A DNA stretch of 64,000 nucleotides from Yuukianura sp. NJ FZ-2021 (lineage: Eukaryota). The position numbers and the translations under genes are program-made. This document shows positions 40,002 to 51,977 of this stretch, in pieces (the stretch's first letter is position 1; each line of letters opens with the position of its first letter). The notes under the pieces were generated by a model. That model ran no database searches. It was not told the origin of the DNA and was given only the letters and a program-made list of their open reading frames with translations. The DNA lies in assembly GCA_046563655.1 (NCBI GenBank), contig CM102283.1, forward strand, positions 6,696,001-6,760,000. Reading direction: 5' to 3'.

Positions 40002-40347
40002 CTCAAATAAACACTAATTCTAAGTAGTTGTACTGCTGTACAGTTTATAAAGACAGTTGATTAATCGATTAACACCACACAGTTCTTCAGGTTTTAAAAA
40101 TTTATTATCAGCTGATCGCAGCACATGGCAAGATTCTGGAAGTAAACAAACTTTTATATCTGGCGGGAAAACTGATAAGGTGAAAGTGACGCTTATGAGT
40201 GGAGAAAGCATGTCGCAAATCCTAACTTTACCTTAAATCTAATGACCTTAGTTAAACGTTAATAAGTTCTCAAACGTTTTCGTCTTTCTATGTTTATTCT
40301 TATGTTTGCACATTTCTTCTTATGTTTACACATTTTTTTGAAACCGA

Positions 40348-41346
40348 TTACTGAGTAGAACATACTGCTGAATTAAGTTCATTACTTGAGCCGTGACCTT
40401 GACCCTGGGTACCTTCTCGTCTCAATGCTGCTGCTTGCGATGCTGTCACGGGTACTGGTCCAGCAGGGGTATGTGGAGAGGGTACTGGTGACGGAAGTTT
40501 GGGTGTCAGCAGAGCTTGACCCAGTCCGAATCCATGGGGATCACGGATACGATTCCTCCCGTCGGGATTCGCAAAGTACATTGCAGAAGTTGTAAAGCAC
40601 GTCTGAACCTAAACAAAATAGTTAAGGTTTAGCAGACTTGTTTAACATTAATGAACAATTATACTTGGAAGTATTTTTACAGAAGTATCAGCTTACATTC
40701 TCTCCAGACTTGGCAGAGACGATGAATGACAGAGGAATGTCGAATTCCTGTTTGAATCTTGTGTGATTGTCCAAACGTACTGTTCGGAGATGCTCCAAAT
40801 CTGCCTTTGATCCGACCAGACCTACAGCCACTTTGGACAAATCGATTTGATGGACTTGGAGCAGTTTGATCCAAGTCCGGAGTTCATTGATTGATGTCAT
40901 GTTGGTCACGTCGTAAGTCAGCAGAAGAATCTAAAAGTTCAAACAAATACTTTTTCATATTTTCTAAGTTTAAGAAACACTTTTTGAATTGATGTTTATA
41001 AAAAAAATTTACGTCTATTCCCGAATTGAAATAAACTCCAAGCATTTTGGACTCAATTGCCAATCCTCCAATGTCCAGTATAATTAGCGTAGCAGTGCCG
41101 TGTGGCCGGACTGTAATTCTTCTCGAAAAGAAGTCCACTCCCAGCGTAGGATTGTATGGATTTCCTTGGAATCCATTTTCAACAAAACGTTTTACAATGC
41201 AAGACTAAAAAATAATTAACATTTCAAAATTTCAAAAGCAAAACATATAAGTATAACGTGCTTCAGAATTCAGAAAAATCGCAAACCTTCCCACTACCAG
41301 CACCACCAACAACAGCTATCCGAATTTGGCGACCTTCAAATTCCAT
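40348..41346 (-). CDS. RAB28: Rab28-like small GTPase
   Basis: GGAGSGKS, YNPTLGVDFF, LDIGGLAIESKML (Rab28-type DIGG), YDVTN, GSKADLEHLRTV, VSAKSGENV, C-terminal CaaX-like SAVCSTQ*; 4 exons. Confidence 0.85.
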
Positions 41347-41921
41347 ACTTCAACACAGAATACGATTTGTGTTTATGTTATTTTTATCAAAATTTTGAAT
41401 TTAACACGAACATAAACTTTAAAAAATAAAATTTCTGTTGACACATTTTGGAAAATTAGTCTCTTCAGCTGGCTATGTGTTGCTTGGTTTCAGAAAAGCA
41501 CAACAGAAATTTGATTCTTCAACAGAAATTGCGCAGACTTTAACTAGAAGTTGAAAAAAAAAAGTTGGGTAAGCTGCAGGGACAAAGAAAGTTGAGTTAA
41601 AAAAAGTTGGAGACAAAGTTTTTTTTTTAGAATTTATTGAAACCCCCTGTAAATATTATATTTACAAACTAAATCAACCCATATCCAATAATGTAGTAAG
41701 TATAAGTAATCTGGTAAGTAATTAAAATTACGATTGAAGTATTGTCCAAATTATACTCAATTCATTAAACAGAAAAGTTTTAAAAGTTAAAAAGAACATT
41801 AACGGGAACACTCAAACACAAATATGAAATCTCAAATGAATCATTCATCAAAAATTAAATTGTCAATCATACTGAAACTGAAATTCTCCAAGAAAAAAAA
41901 AGAAAGTGGGGGAGGCAAAAT

Positions 41922-43931
41922 CTAATTTAAAGCAGAAATCTGGTAAATCCTATTGTTAAGTTCCAATGTCTCCCGGACAAAGTCTCCATCGAAAACAGCT
42001 CGTCCAATGTCATTCAACTTCTGAATCAGTTTTCCCTTCTTCAATCCCATTTGGTACTCACAAATGTCAATCTCCTCCGATTCTGCAAAGTTCTTCACAA
42101 TGTCCATCTTCAAAGTGCGTCTCTGCTTCCCTTGACCCATGTAGAAGATCGTCACTTTCGGATTTTCCTGGAAGAAATTCAAAAAATCCAAAGTGAAAAA
42201 ACATGAAAACCGAAACAATTTTTCAAAATTTTCAAAATTCCAATTTCCTAAACTTACCGGAGTAAGACAAAAGTAGAGACCAGCTAAAATCTTTCCTTTG
42301 GGATCTCGGCGCAAAATCGTTTTGAATTCGTAAACCAAATTTCGACGTTCCGTGACCTCCACGGCGGATCGAAAATGTCTTCCGCAGAAAATCAAGCTCT
42401 TGTGGGCCTCACGACGTCCTTTCTTTGTTTCAGAAACGAACCAAGAGATGTAATTTTCATTCAGCATCGTGTACTCGTACTCTTTCTGCGCAGGTCCTTC
42501 CTCACCTTGGACAAAGAGCCCTGAAAATATAAAAATATACAAACATGTTTAGCATTAGTGGTTGTAACATCGAAAATAACTTATTAGCCGACATATTGTT
42601 ATAATGACAATGTTTAGGTTAGGTTGACATACCAGTGTGAGGGTACTTGCCATCCTCCATGACAGTGACAGGTCGAGAGATGTGATAACCCGGATCCAGA
42701 ATCATAAAGCCATTTCGATCTCCAATCCGAATTCGGAGACAAGCCAAGACGTGTTCTTTCTCGACAGTTTTCTGACACGGCGGCACATTTCCAGCGTAGG
42801 TTTCAGCCATTTCGATTTCCTATACAAAGGAAATTAAGTTTTTCAAAAAAAAGAATGCAAAATTTTTGAAATAAAAAGTTAAATATTTTCAGAACGAACC
42901 TCCTCGCAAGACACGATGTAAAATTTGTTAGCCGCGACATGTTTCAGAGGCAGAAATGAATTGATCTGCTGAATAATCTCATATGCAAGGCCGACGCAAG
43001 TGTAATGACGCGGCGTAATCGGTGGCCTGTAACGTCGATAGAACGAATCCAGGGAGTCTATCTTGGATTTCTTAAATGCTTGGTAAAATCTGCAACGAAT
43101 CAAAAATTTCAATAATTTTCAAAAGTTTTCAAAATTTCAAGAAAACTAACTAAGGAAATTAGCCTTACCTAAGGAAATTGTCCACACTGTTGTATTTGTG
43201 TCCAGCAACACTATGCTGCGACACAAACTCCACAAAGCCAGCAAATTCTTCATATTTAGTCACTTCAGAAAATTCCACAACTTCTGGCGGTTGGCTCTCC
43301 CAGACTGGATACGGAAGAGAGGAACCCAGAGGCCAAAGGTCATCCGGATTCTGCCCAACCCTCGTCACATGACTAGGTCCATAAGGAGTTAGCCCATGAT
43401 TGTTCCAAGATCCACTACGAACTAGTCCATTGTGGCTATTCTGACTGTGATCATGAAGAATTGAGGGGGATGTGCTGGCGATGTGCTGTTCTTCGGAAGT
43501 ATCATAGTTGGGGGGTGCTAGATAACTGGAGAGTTGGAGCCAAGGATCCGTAACCAGAGGAGGCAGGCCATTTTCCGAAGTCGTGACGAGTCAGCTTGGC
43601 CATTCACAAGCCCAGCGTCCATTCCAAGAGGCAGCGTTAATTGCATTTTCAGTTTCTTCACCAAACAGTAATCCTTTTTCTTGTTCACGTATTTTCCACA
43701 AATCTAAAGAAAAGTGACAAATTACATGAATTACTTCAACAAATTACATGAACATTAATTATCAGTAACTTTACAGCGATTAACCTTAACTTAAACACTA
43801 TCTCGACTCCATTTTGGAGTATCTCAACTCTGTTCCAAAAAAAATCTTCCAAAATTCGTTAAAAAAAGTCAGAAATTTCTTAGTTTCTGTTAAAAAAGAT
43901 TTTTTTTTAGAATTTCTTGACATTTACCCAT
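41922..43931 (-). CDS. Uncharacterised protein with Cys-His-Asp (NAT/transglutaminase-like) motifs; in-frame UGA at 43591-43593
   Basis: ATG G|GTAAAT at 43931-43928, acceptor TTTCTTTAG|AT at 43703, then exons to stop at 41922. Motifs HYTCVGLAYE, KEHVL, ILDPGYH. The 5' structure is uncertain because of the internal UGA. Confidence 0.7.
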
Positions 43932-44432
43932 AAAACGTTTGTAAACCGTTTGATCTGAAGTGTCAATTTTTGAAATTGACTTGAGCGCTGAGTTGAACAG
44001 AAGCTTTGAGCGTAGTTCAGGGAAACTTCAAATTCTATGAAGCAACTTTTACTTCAAGAATTCAAAAACGTAGATTCAAAAAACGTAAAGGTCGTTGACA
44101 CGAGAAGTGGCGGGGTAAGCCGAAGTTTGTTTCAAAGTTGAACCTAAACCGGAACAACTGAAACGTTTAAAAATCGTTTAATTTGTAACTGTTCGGACGG
44201 ACAAGGGGAACACTGTCAAACGTGTTCTTTATAGAGTCAATAAAAGTAACTGTTTAAACTTGAACCCTATATTTTCCATTGTTGAAGTACTTTGAGTTAC
44301 AGTAGAAGAAACTAGAATATTCGCACAAGGTTTGCAAAAACTAAAGACTGGATTGACGAGTAGTTTGTGCTTCGGTCTAGCGAAGTACAGTGGATGCTCA
44401 ATGGTGATGCTCAAAATAAAACAGGAGTGACG

Positions 44433-44470
44433 AACTGAGGAAAGGAGTGTCGACTGCTCAAATATTTATA
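44433..44470 (-). promoter_or_regulatory. TATA box + arthropod initiator for the 41.9-43.9 kb gene
   Basis: Minus strand TATAAATA (44470-44463) followed ~30 nt later by TCAGTT (44438-44433). Confidence 0.6.
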
Positions 44471-47400
44471 GACGGAGGGGTATGGCTGTGGTAAGGCGTC
44501 TATTAATATCCGCAGCCAATTACCAGTCACCAGGGAACTTGGAAATTGGCATGACTTTAGTGTCAACGTGTCTTTCGATGACAATGGGAAGTATCATGAC
44601 CTATGACGCTTAGATTTAAAATTTTATGTCCCATTGTTCCAGAATGTGCTGGCATCATTGGGAAATCAATAAGCAAATAAAGTGACATGGGGAATTTTGT
44701 AGTACTTGTCAAGTTAGGAAACTTTTTTTTGCAAAACTGATTTCCATTGCACAAGGAAAACTAAGTTTTTCATGTGGGCGTTGCATGGTGTGGTTTTGGC
44801 GTGGGCCTTGGTAGAATTCCGTGAAAGTTAATTTAGATTAGTCAATTTGGCGTTGCCTAACCTAGTTAATAGCTAACCACAAAAGTCGGGTAGATTCGTT
44901 GAGTATAATTTTTATTTTGTGATGTATAATTTTAATTACGTACTTCTCCGTAGCATGATTTTGGTGGGTGTCATTGATTTCAGTAAGAAATTTTCCAGAT
45001 TGTTCGATTCAAATTTTTTTTTAGAAATATTTTAGTGAAATTTTTAGAAATTTGATGCTAAGCTTTACCATAACCTTTCATACAAAGCTTTGTGTGTGGT
45101 TCATGTATTGATCGCTGGTTAAATATTTAGTCTTTGGATCGATGCAAATGCCAAATTTAGGAACAAGGAAGATAATTTTGAGTTTTGACCTCCATTTTTT
45201 GCGCAAGAGCTAAATTTTTTTTTAAGCTGAGCTTAATTTTTTTAAAGTTTGCCAAATGTGGAGATTCAATTCATTAACGCTATTAAGCCTTGAATGACTC
45301 TTTTGACAAACTGCAAATTTTTATGCGATGATGTTGCTAACGTCGCAAAAATGTCGTGAAATGGCCTTCCAGTACTTTTCCATCATACTTTGGAGTGGCC
45401 TTGGAACCCTGAACATCCTGTGCCATAACCATAACCACATCTTCGTAATTCCATTTAATGTCCAAACCTAAGTATGCGTCCTTCATCATTCTGTGTATTT
45501 CTGGATGCTTCAGGAAATTACGTAGTTGGAGGAAAAAGTTATGGAAAATTTCCACGTGCCTGGTGCATACGCAGAATTAAGGTGTGAAAGCATAAGTGGT
45601 TAATGAAATAACAATGACACCTTAAATGATTAATGACATCTAACAGCAGCAAAGTCCTACGATAGACATTATTTTATAGAAATCTGTGACTACATTTAAG
45701 CACAAATTTAACAAAATGCATCCAGGATTAGCAACATCAATCCAGTGCTTGAATTGCAGGATTAACTTGGCACACGTTGCACATACATGTGGATTAACAT
45801 ACACATGTATTCCACATGTTTTTTTAAGTAATTTTAATTTTTGCAGAAAAATAGGTTTGAGCTTAGGGATTGGGCACATTTGTATTCAGATTTTCTAATG
45901 TACAGCATGTCCCGAAATCCTTGTAATCTCAATCTCAACATGTTAGCTTAAGTAGTCTTAGCTTAAGTAGGTCAAAGATCAACTCAAATTTTATTGTACT
46001 TTGCACATGTACATTCATAAATTTGCAAGTTAACTATAATTGCTTACCCATAAAAAGATGTCTTGAAACAGGAGTTGAGTTGTGAGGAGAGAAAGCGAGG
46101 TGCGAACTTTCTCCCAAAAACACGAATGTGTTGCTCTCAGCACGGAAATTACTTCAAAATCTGCAATTTACATAATTGTGTGAATTTTAGAAAAATTTTG
46201 TCGTTACATAATTTACAACATCAAGACTAACATTTTTAGTACTAAAGTAAAATTGCTAATCTCATCAAATTGGGCATGGAAGAAATTGGAGTTCTGATGA
46301 AGCTGAAACCAACTTTTTGATTTTGTTTTGTTATTTCGGGTCTATCATTTCGTTGCTTCCGGTAATAACCAAAATGAAGTCGTAAACAGGATATTATGGT
46401 TAACAATAGAAACGAAAATACTAAAGAGTTGATGACCTTTGCCCCTTTCCATAGGAAACAATTTTCATTTCCTTATCCATAAGGAAGCAATTCGTCACGC
46501 TTTGAAACTCATGACCCCATAAACTCTCACACGCTTATACTAAAAGTTCAAGCGATTAAATTTTGCTTACCAGGCTTGTGTTGCTAAAAGTTAGTAAATA
46601 TAGAACGCTGAACTTTGAGTCTGTTTTGCAAAAGAGTTAAAAATAGAATCGCACGACACGATTCTAATTTGTTCCTTAACGCTTAACTTAATGAGTCCAA
46701 TCGCACTTATTGAAAATTTCACAATTGTTTTCCAAATTCAAATTGGCTTTTAAAAGTTCCACGTCCACTAAAATTGGGATTTTGCAATTACTAGTTCTTT
46801 TCATAGATTTCACAAAATGTAACATTGTTTCCACTGTGTGGAAAACAATTTCACAATGCAATGTCGAAATTTGATGAATGTCGGACTTAAATGATTCGTT
46901 TTTGAAACGTTTGAAGATTTTCACCAACTTTGGGAAATTTAAAATTAATCAATTGTTAATCGATTAAGTTGACCTTTGCAAATTTTTGTATTTTTTTTTA
47001 AACTTTTCGATTCAATCTGTTAAGATATTCTGGGAACATAAATTGAAGCCTTATGGTTTAGTGTTCGTGCTGATCTGATGAATGACGATTTCAGTGCTGC
47101 TGTTGGTGCATGAGGCACGGGATTTTTTTGAATGCGGTGACGAACGCTCCCGAAAGTTCTGAGAACCCGGGTATTTTGCCGGATGTTCATCTTTTGGTTA
47201 GCGATGTGGTCTATGACGTTCGCTACTCCCCTGGCATTGGTTGTTGGAAGCCGGGAGATGATTTTGTTCCGGTGTGAAGTGAGTCATCATGCATATCTCC
47301 CCTAGGATCCAACACAAGTGCCCTTGAAACCTAACCGAGCTTCAGCGTACAGCCTCCGTCCCTTCCGGTGGGGGAAAGCTCCACTTCCTCTTGGTTTCAG

Positions 47401-48151
47401 GAGAGAAAGCAGAACACGGAAAAAGAGAGGAACCCGCTTGCAAGGAGATTGTACGAACCAAAAAGCTGTATCACCCCATTCCGGGTACTTTTAGCACACC
47501 GAATTCGGGGATCTTCCAAAAATCAATGATTTAGGGAAGTCAACTTTTCCTGGGAAACACTCCGGGAAAGGAAATTTTCACTTTTCAGGCTAAACAGGAA
47601 CCTCGCAGTTCTCGTATGACACAAAATGAAACACGAAGAGACGCAGATTGAAATCGATAACACGATCTTTGAAAGTTTCAAAACGGAAGTGAAAGCAGCC
47701 GGCACGAATTCTATTGAGAAGAATAATGCTCAAATTTTGAGTATTTTTGAGTGTCAAGCTAAAATGATGCAGAAAAAACCAAAAACAGATAAAAAAAAAA
47801 TACAAAAATTTTCTAAACCCAATTTTCCAAAAGTCATGCAATTCGTAATTTTTAATGCAGATATCAAAGAAAAATTGTAATTAGTGAACACTTCAATATT
47901 GTAAGTAATTTTTACGCTGCTTAGTAATAGTATGTACATTTACATTTTGAAATTAAACTTACCCTATTTAGTGACTTTGTCACTAAACAATTGTGCTGAT
48001 TCGAAGAAAAGAGCGTAACCTTATGTCAATTAATTAAACGACAGTACTTAACCAGGAATTTAGTTACTTCATCAAATACTTATCTGCGTAGTTTATTACA
48101 AAATGTGCTGTAAACTTTAGTAGGTCGGTCAGAGATGATTCTCAGATGCGT

Positions 48152-49782
48152 TTATTTCTTTCGAAGTGGCTGACACTTAGGGCAGTACCACTTTCCTTTA
48201 GGAATTGATTGTAACCCCATACAGCCAATATGGAACCATTCGATGGTACACTGTGAAACAAAATCAAAAAATGTACTCAAAGTTATTAGAATTTAGTATA
48301 TAAAGTCATAGATTTAGACTTACTTCGGAGTTGTCACAAGCGATCATCTAAAAATACAAGATTGAATTAGAAATCTCGGAATCAGAAAACAGAAGTTGAA
48401 AGCTTTTTAGTTAGCACTAAAGTTTACCTGTCCATAGGAAACTTGATGACAGATACAATATGTAGGTTCATTGGGGTCAACTGGCATGTCCAAACTAGCT
48501 TCCTGGCTTCCGGAAGTCGACGCAGCTTGTTCCGCCACAAGCTGAATCTCTGATTTATGTTTCTTCCGAGCAGGACTAGCAGAACCTCCTTTGGTAGGTT
48601 TTTCTTCAACTTCAACTTTGGATTTCTTCGAAACTTCTTTCTCCCGCTTCCGACCTTCTAAAATTGATTAACCTTACATCAGCATCAATCGTAAAATTTA
48701 GAACAAAATGGTAGCAAAATGTCAGTTGTCTCACTCTTGATCTTCTCTGTTGGCACAGTTTCTTCTGGAGGTGGAGACGATGGCCCTGCTCCAGAAGTTC
48801 CGTTCTTTATTTCGCTCTCGAATCTGGCTAAATCTGAATCCAGTCGTCGAATATGCTTGTCAACTAATTCGTAAGTTTGAATCGCCAACTGAACCTTGTC
48901 GTCTGCGTACTCCTTGGCTTTATTGTAAAGTTTCTATGGAAATTATAACATAGTTAGTGAATTTTAATTGATGTTGGTTGAATAGAAAGTGGTTACCGTT
49001 ATCTTGGCCTGCAATTCGCGCTTCTTTTCAGCAGATGAAGTTGACGCTGATCGGAGGAACTCATCTCCTAATCGATCGATGTCCTGCATCACACCTTCTG
49101 CTCTGGCGTCCAGGTCACGCATCAACTTAAAATTTCTTTGTAGCTCCACTGGCAAACTCTCCAGGCCTGATTAGAATTTAGACAAGTTTAAAATAAAGTG
49201 TTAAAATACTTGTAAAATTGAAGATCCAGAGGAGAGGGTCAGACAAAATGAAATCAGAGGAAATTAGCAGGTAGCTTTGTTGCTCCCATTAATTTATCCA
49301 GTAGAAATTTAAAAAGCACTAGTGCTAGGTAATGTCAATGTCATTCACACGACAGGATCGGTAGTGTTTAGCGTTATAGTACTTATAAGGAATCGGCAAA
49401 TAATAACGAGAATGGAACGCACTCTTGGCAGTCGTTTCCCACCAAATTTGGATCACTCTGGCGTCGGCTTTCACTGACGACATGACCGTAAGATGGTGAT
49501 CGAGTGTGGTAATGGAAGGGCAAAACGGTATGGGTTTAAAATGTTTAGGTTTTACAGTTTCACGTCCAGTGAAACCTGTAAGTTTCGGTTTAAGAACGTC
49601 TATGGTTACGGGTGGCTACAATGACATTTCCTTTCTAAAGAATACAAAAAGAAAAAATAATAAGAAAACAGAACACTGAAATTCAAAGCAAAGAAACTAA
49701 GAATTCGGTTTGATAGGATTCACTCCGATAGTACTCTGGGTTTACTTTCTAAATAGTGTTCCAAATATATTGCAGTAGTCAT
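48152..49782 (-). CDS. ING5: Inhibitor of growth protein 4/5 (PHD finger)
   Basis: [81 protein letters not shown] (24-nt exon 48347-48324) C.IEWFH..C...[10 protein letters not shown]. Confidence 0.95.
49328..49631. ncRNA. Candidate structured RNA / structured alternative exon inside ING4/5 intron 1
   Basis: Terminal complementarity (AATGTCATT 49337-49345 / AATGACATT 49620-49628), GATCAC/GTGATC helix within a ~100-nt hairpin, 12-bp hairpin 49552-49581. More GC-rich than the flanking intron. Identity unknown. Confidence 0.4.
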
Positions 49783-50114
49783 CTCTCCTGTATTATCTTA
49801 TGCTGACAATGACAATGCGCCTTGCCCGACCCGAATCTGTTTGACACCTCTACGATGTCTGTCTGTCAGTCTGGCTGAACCTGTGAGTGCGAACGTTTAA
49901 CGATTCCTCGATGACTGTGACGTGTGACCTCTTGACGAGTCCGGTCTTTAAATTCAGCCAACGATTTTATCTGGAATATACACAAACACAACCATTTGAT
50001 GAATTTTCTAATTCCAAATTAAAAAACAATCCAAATTAACCCTGAGGTTTGCTTAGGTGTAACTTGTTAGCTGCGTGTTTAACTTTATTTTATTAGTATA
50101 ACAGTATCAACTGC

Positions 50115-50372
50115 GGAACTCCTACCGAAAACTCGCGAAGCTCGTTTAATTGAGATAAAAATCTCAATTAACTCAGTTTTTTACGCTGATTACGAATCTG
50201 TAATTAGTTTTGGGCGGTCACTACCCTAACTTAACCTAACCTAACTTTAACTAAATTGTGCCCCCATGTATGAGATAGGGAGAACTGGGATGCCCACATC
50301 TGATACTCTGGGTGAAAGTGCAATTTCCTATCTCTCCCATAGAACCCTTCGCGAGTTTGCGGTAGATAAGCG
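50115..50372. mobile_element. Small MITE-like insertion with 8-bp TSD
   Basis: TSD TCAACTGC (50107-50114, 50373-50380). Sub-terminal IR CTACCGAAAACTCGCGAAG / CTTCGCGAGTTTGCGGTAG. Internal CCTAA-type repeats at ~50224-50245. Confidence 0.7.
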
Positions 50373-51133
50373 TCAACTGCTAACTTGTGTGTCAATTTAC
50401 CTGGTTGAAAGCTGCACAGCTGATAATTCCAAAAACTTTAATTAAAAACAATGGAATTTCAGTTTTCTCAGTCAAAAAAAGAAAAATAAAAATAGAGACA
50501 ACCTAAAAAAAATTATTTGAATTCCGCGCGCATATAACGGTGTAAAGGAAAGCATCACGAAATTCTTTTACAATTCGAAAATAAGTTTTCGGAGCATACA
50601 AACCTACAGATTAGGATTAGTTAATCAATGTGATAGTTAATTAACCACAATTAAATATGATGCATCACAGCTGTAGAATGAAGTACATTTAATTATAAGA
50701 GTAAGCAGAGGATATTATGTTCAGACGCTGCTACGTTAAAGCTGAAGGGCGTGGACACTGACCGTGACGTCACGTTTTACTTCACCACCTGTTACAAAAT
50801 AAGTTTTTCTTTTTTCATAATCATCTGATCTCTCTCAATTTTTAATCAAAAAATTCTAATTAGCAAAAAGTAAATTTTAATTAGTCATCATCCATCTTTA
50901 GTCAGGAGTCAAGGATATCATCACAGTATTGTCTATTTTGGACTGTAATGGAATCGGAGTAGCGGAAAAACTCACAGCTGATTGAGTTTTATCGGACGGA
51001 TAACAACGGGATCTGGTAGGAGAGCCAGCGGAGGTCACGTTGGTCATTCAACCCATTCGGTCTTCACCTAGGAGCTTGCAAAGTGTAAACCAGCACGTCC
51101 AGCCTCGGCAATCACGAAGCTAGAAATTAGAAA

Positions 51134-51977
51134 ATGGTAAAATTGTATGCAATTAGTGTACTTCGTCGAAGCGAAGGTGCCTCTCACGATGGAACTGGGA
51201 CTTGCGTTCTGCTCAAAGGAGCCTATGACCTCCAATCTGTTGGATTCTTTCAACGGGGATCTGTCCAAGAATTTCTGGTTTTCACAACACAAATGCTGGT
51301 AGAACGTACTGCTGTCGGAGTCCGTCGAACGGTCAAAGAGAGTGGTAAACCAAAGTTTAACTTCAAAGTGTTATGTTACATAGTTATGTTACAGTGTTTC
51401 ATTTCTAAGGTTTTTGATTGTTTTTCTAGAATACCTCTGTCACGTTTACGTCCGGAATGATGGCCTCGCGGCTGTGCTTGTATCGGATTCAGAGTATCCA
51501 AACCGTGTGGCTCACTCCCTGCTTTCAAAAGTCCTTGACGACGTAGCGGCTCAGACTGAATGGCAAACTGCTAATGGAGAAACTCTACGGAATTACAAAG
51601 GTAACATATCGTTTTATGAGTTTGAGCCCTCTTGACTGAGGTATATTTTCTAATTGACTTCTTTAGCACTTGACTCATTCCTCGTCCGATACCAGAATCC
51701 ACGCGAAGCAGACGCGCTTAGCAGAATCCAAGCAGAGTTAGATGAAACAAAAATTATTATGGTAAGGATGTCGGGGATACCTCATATTGAACATACCAAT
51801 GAAAGAATTACAAGTGCTAATTTTCTTAATTTCTTTTGATAGACTAACACCATTGAGGCCGTGCTAGAGCGAGGTGAAAAACTAGATGATCTGGTGGCCA
51901 AATCTGAAGGACTTTCAGTACAGTCCAAGATGTTTTACAAGACGGCCCGAAAAACGAATTCATGTTGCAACTTTTAG
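51134..51977 (+). CDS. YKT6: Synaptobrevin homolog YKT6 (longin R-SNARE)
   Basis: [87 protein letters not shown] (CCaaX). Confidence 0.97.

Noticed and set aside
49328-49631. RNase P/MRP, SRP or 7SK identity for the ING intron element
   Set aside because: Could not find the conserved CR-I/CR-V, Alu-domain/SRP54 or 7SK terminal-hairpin motifs on either strand by eye.
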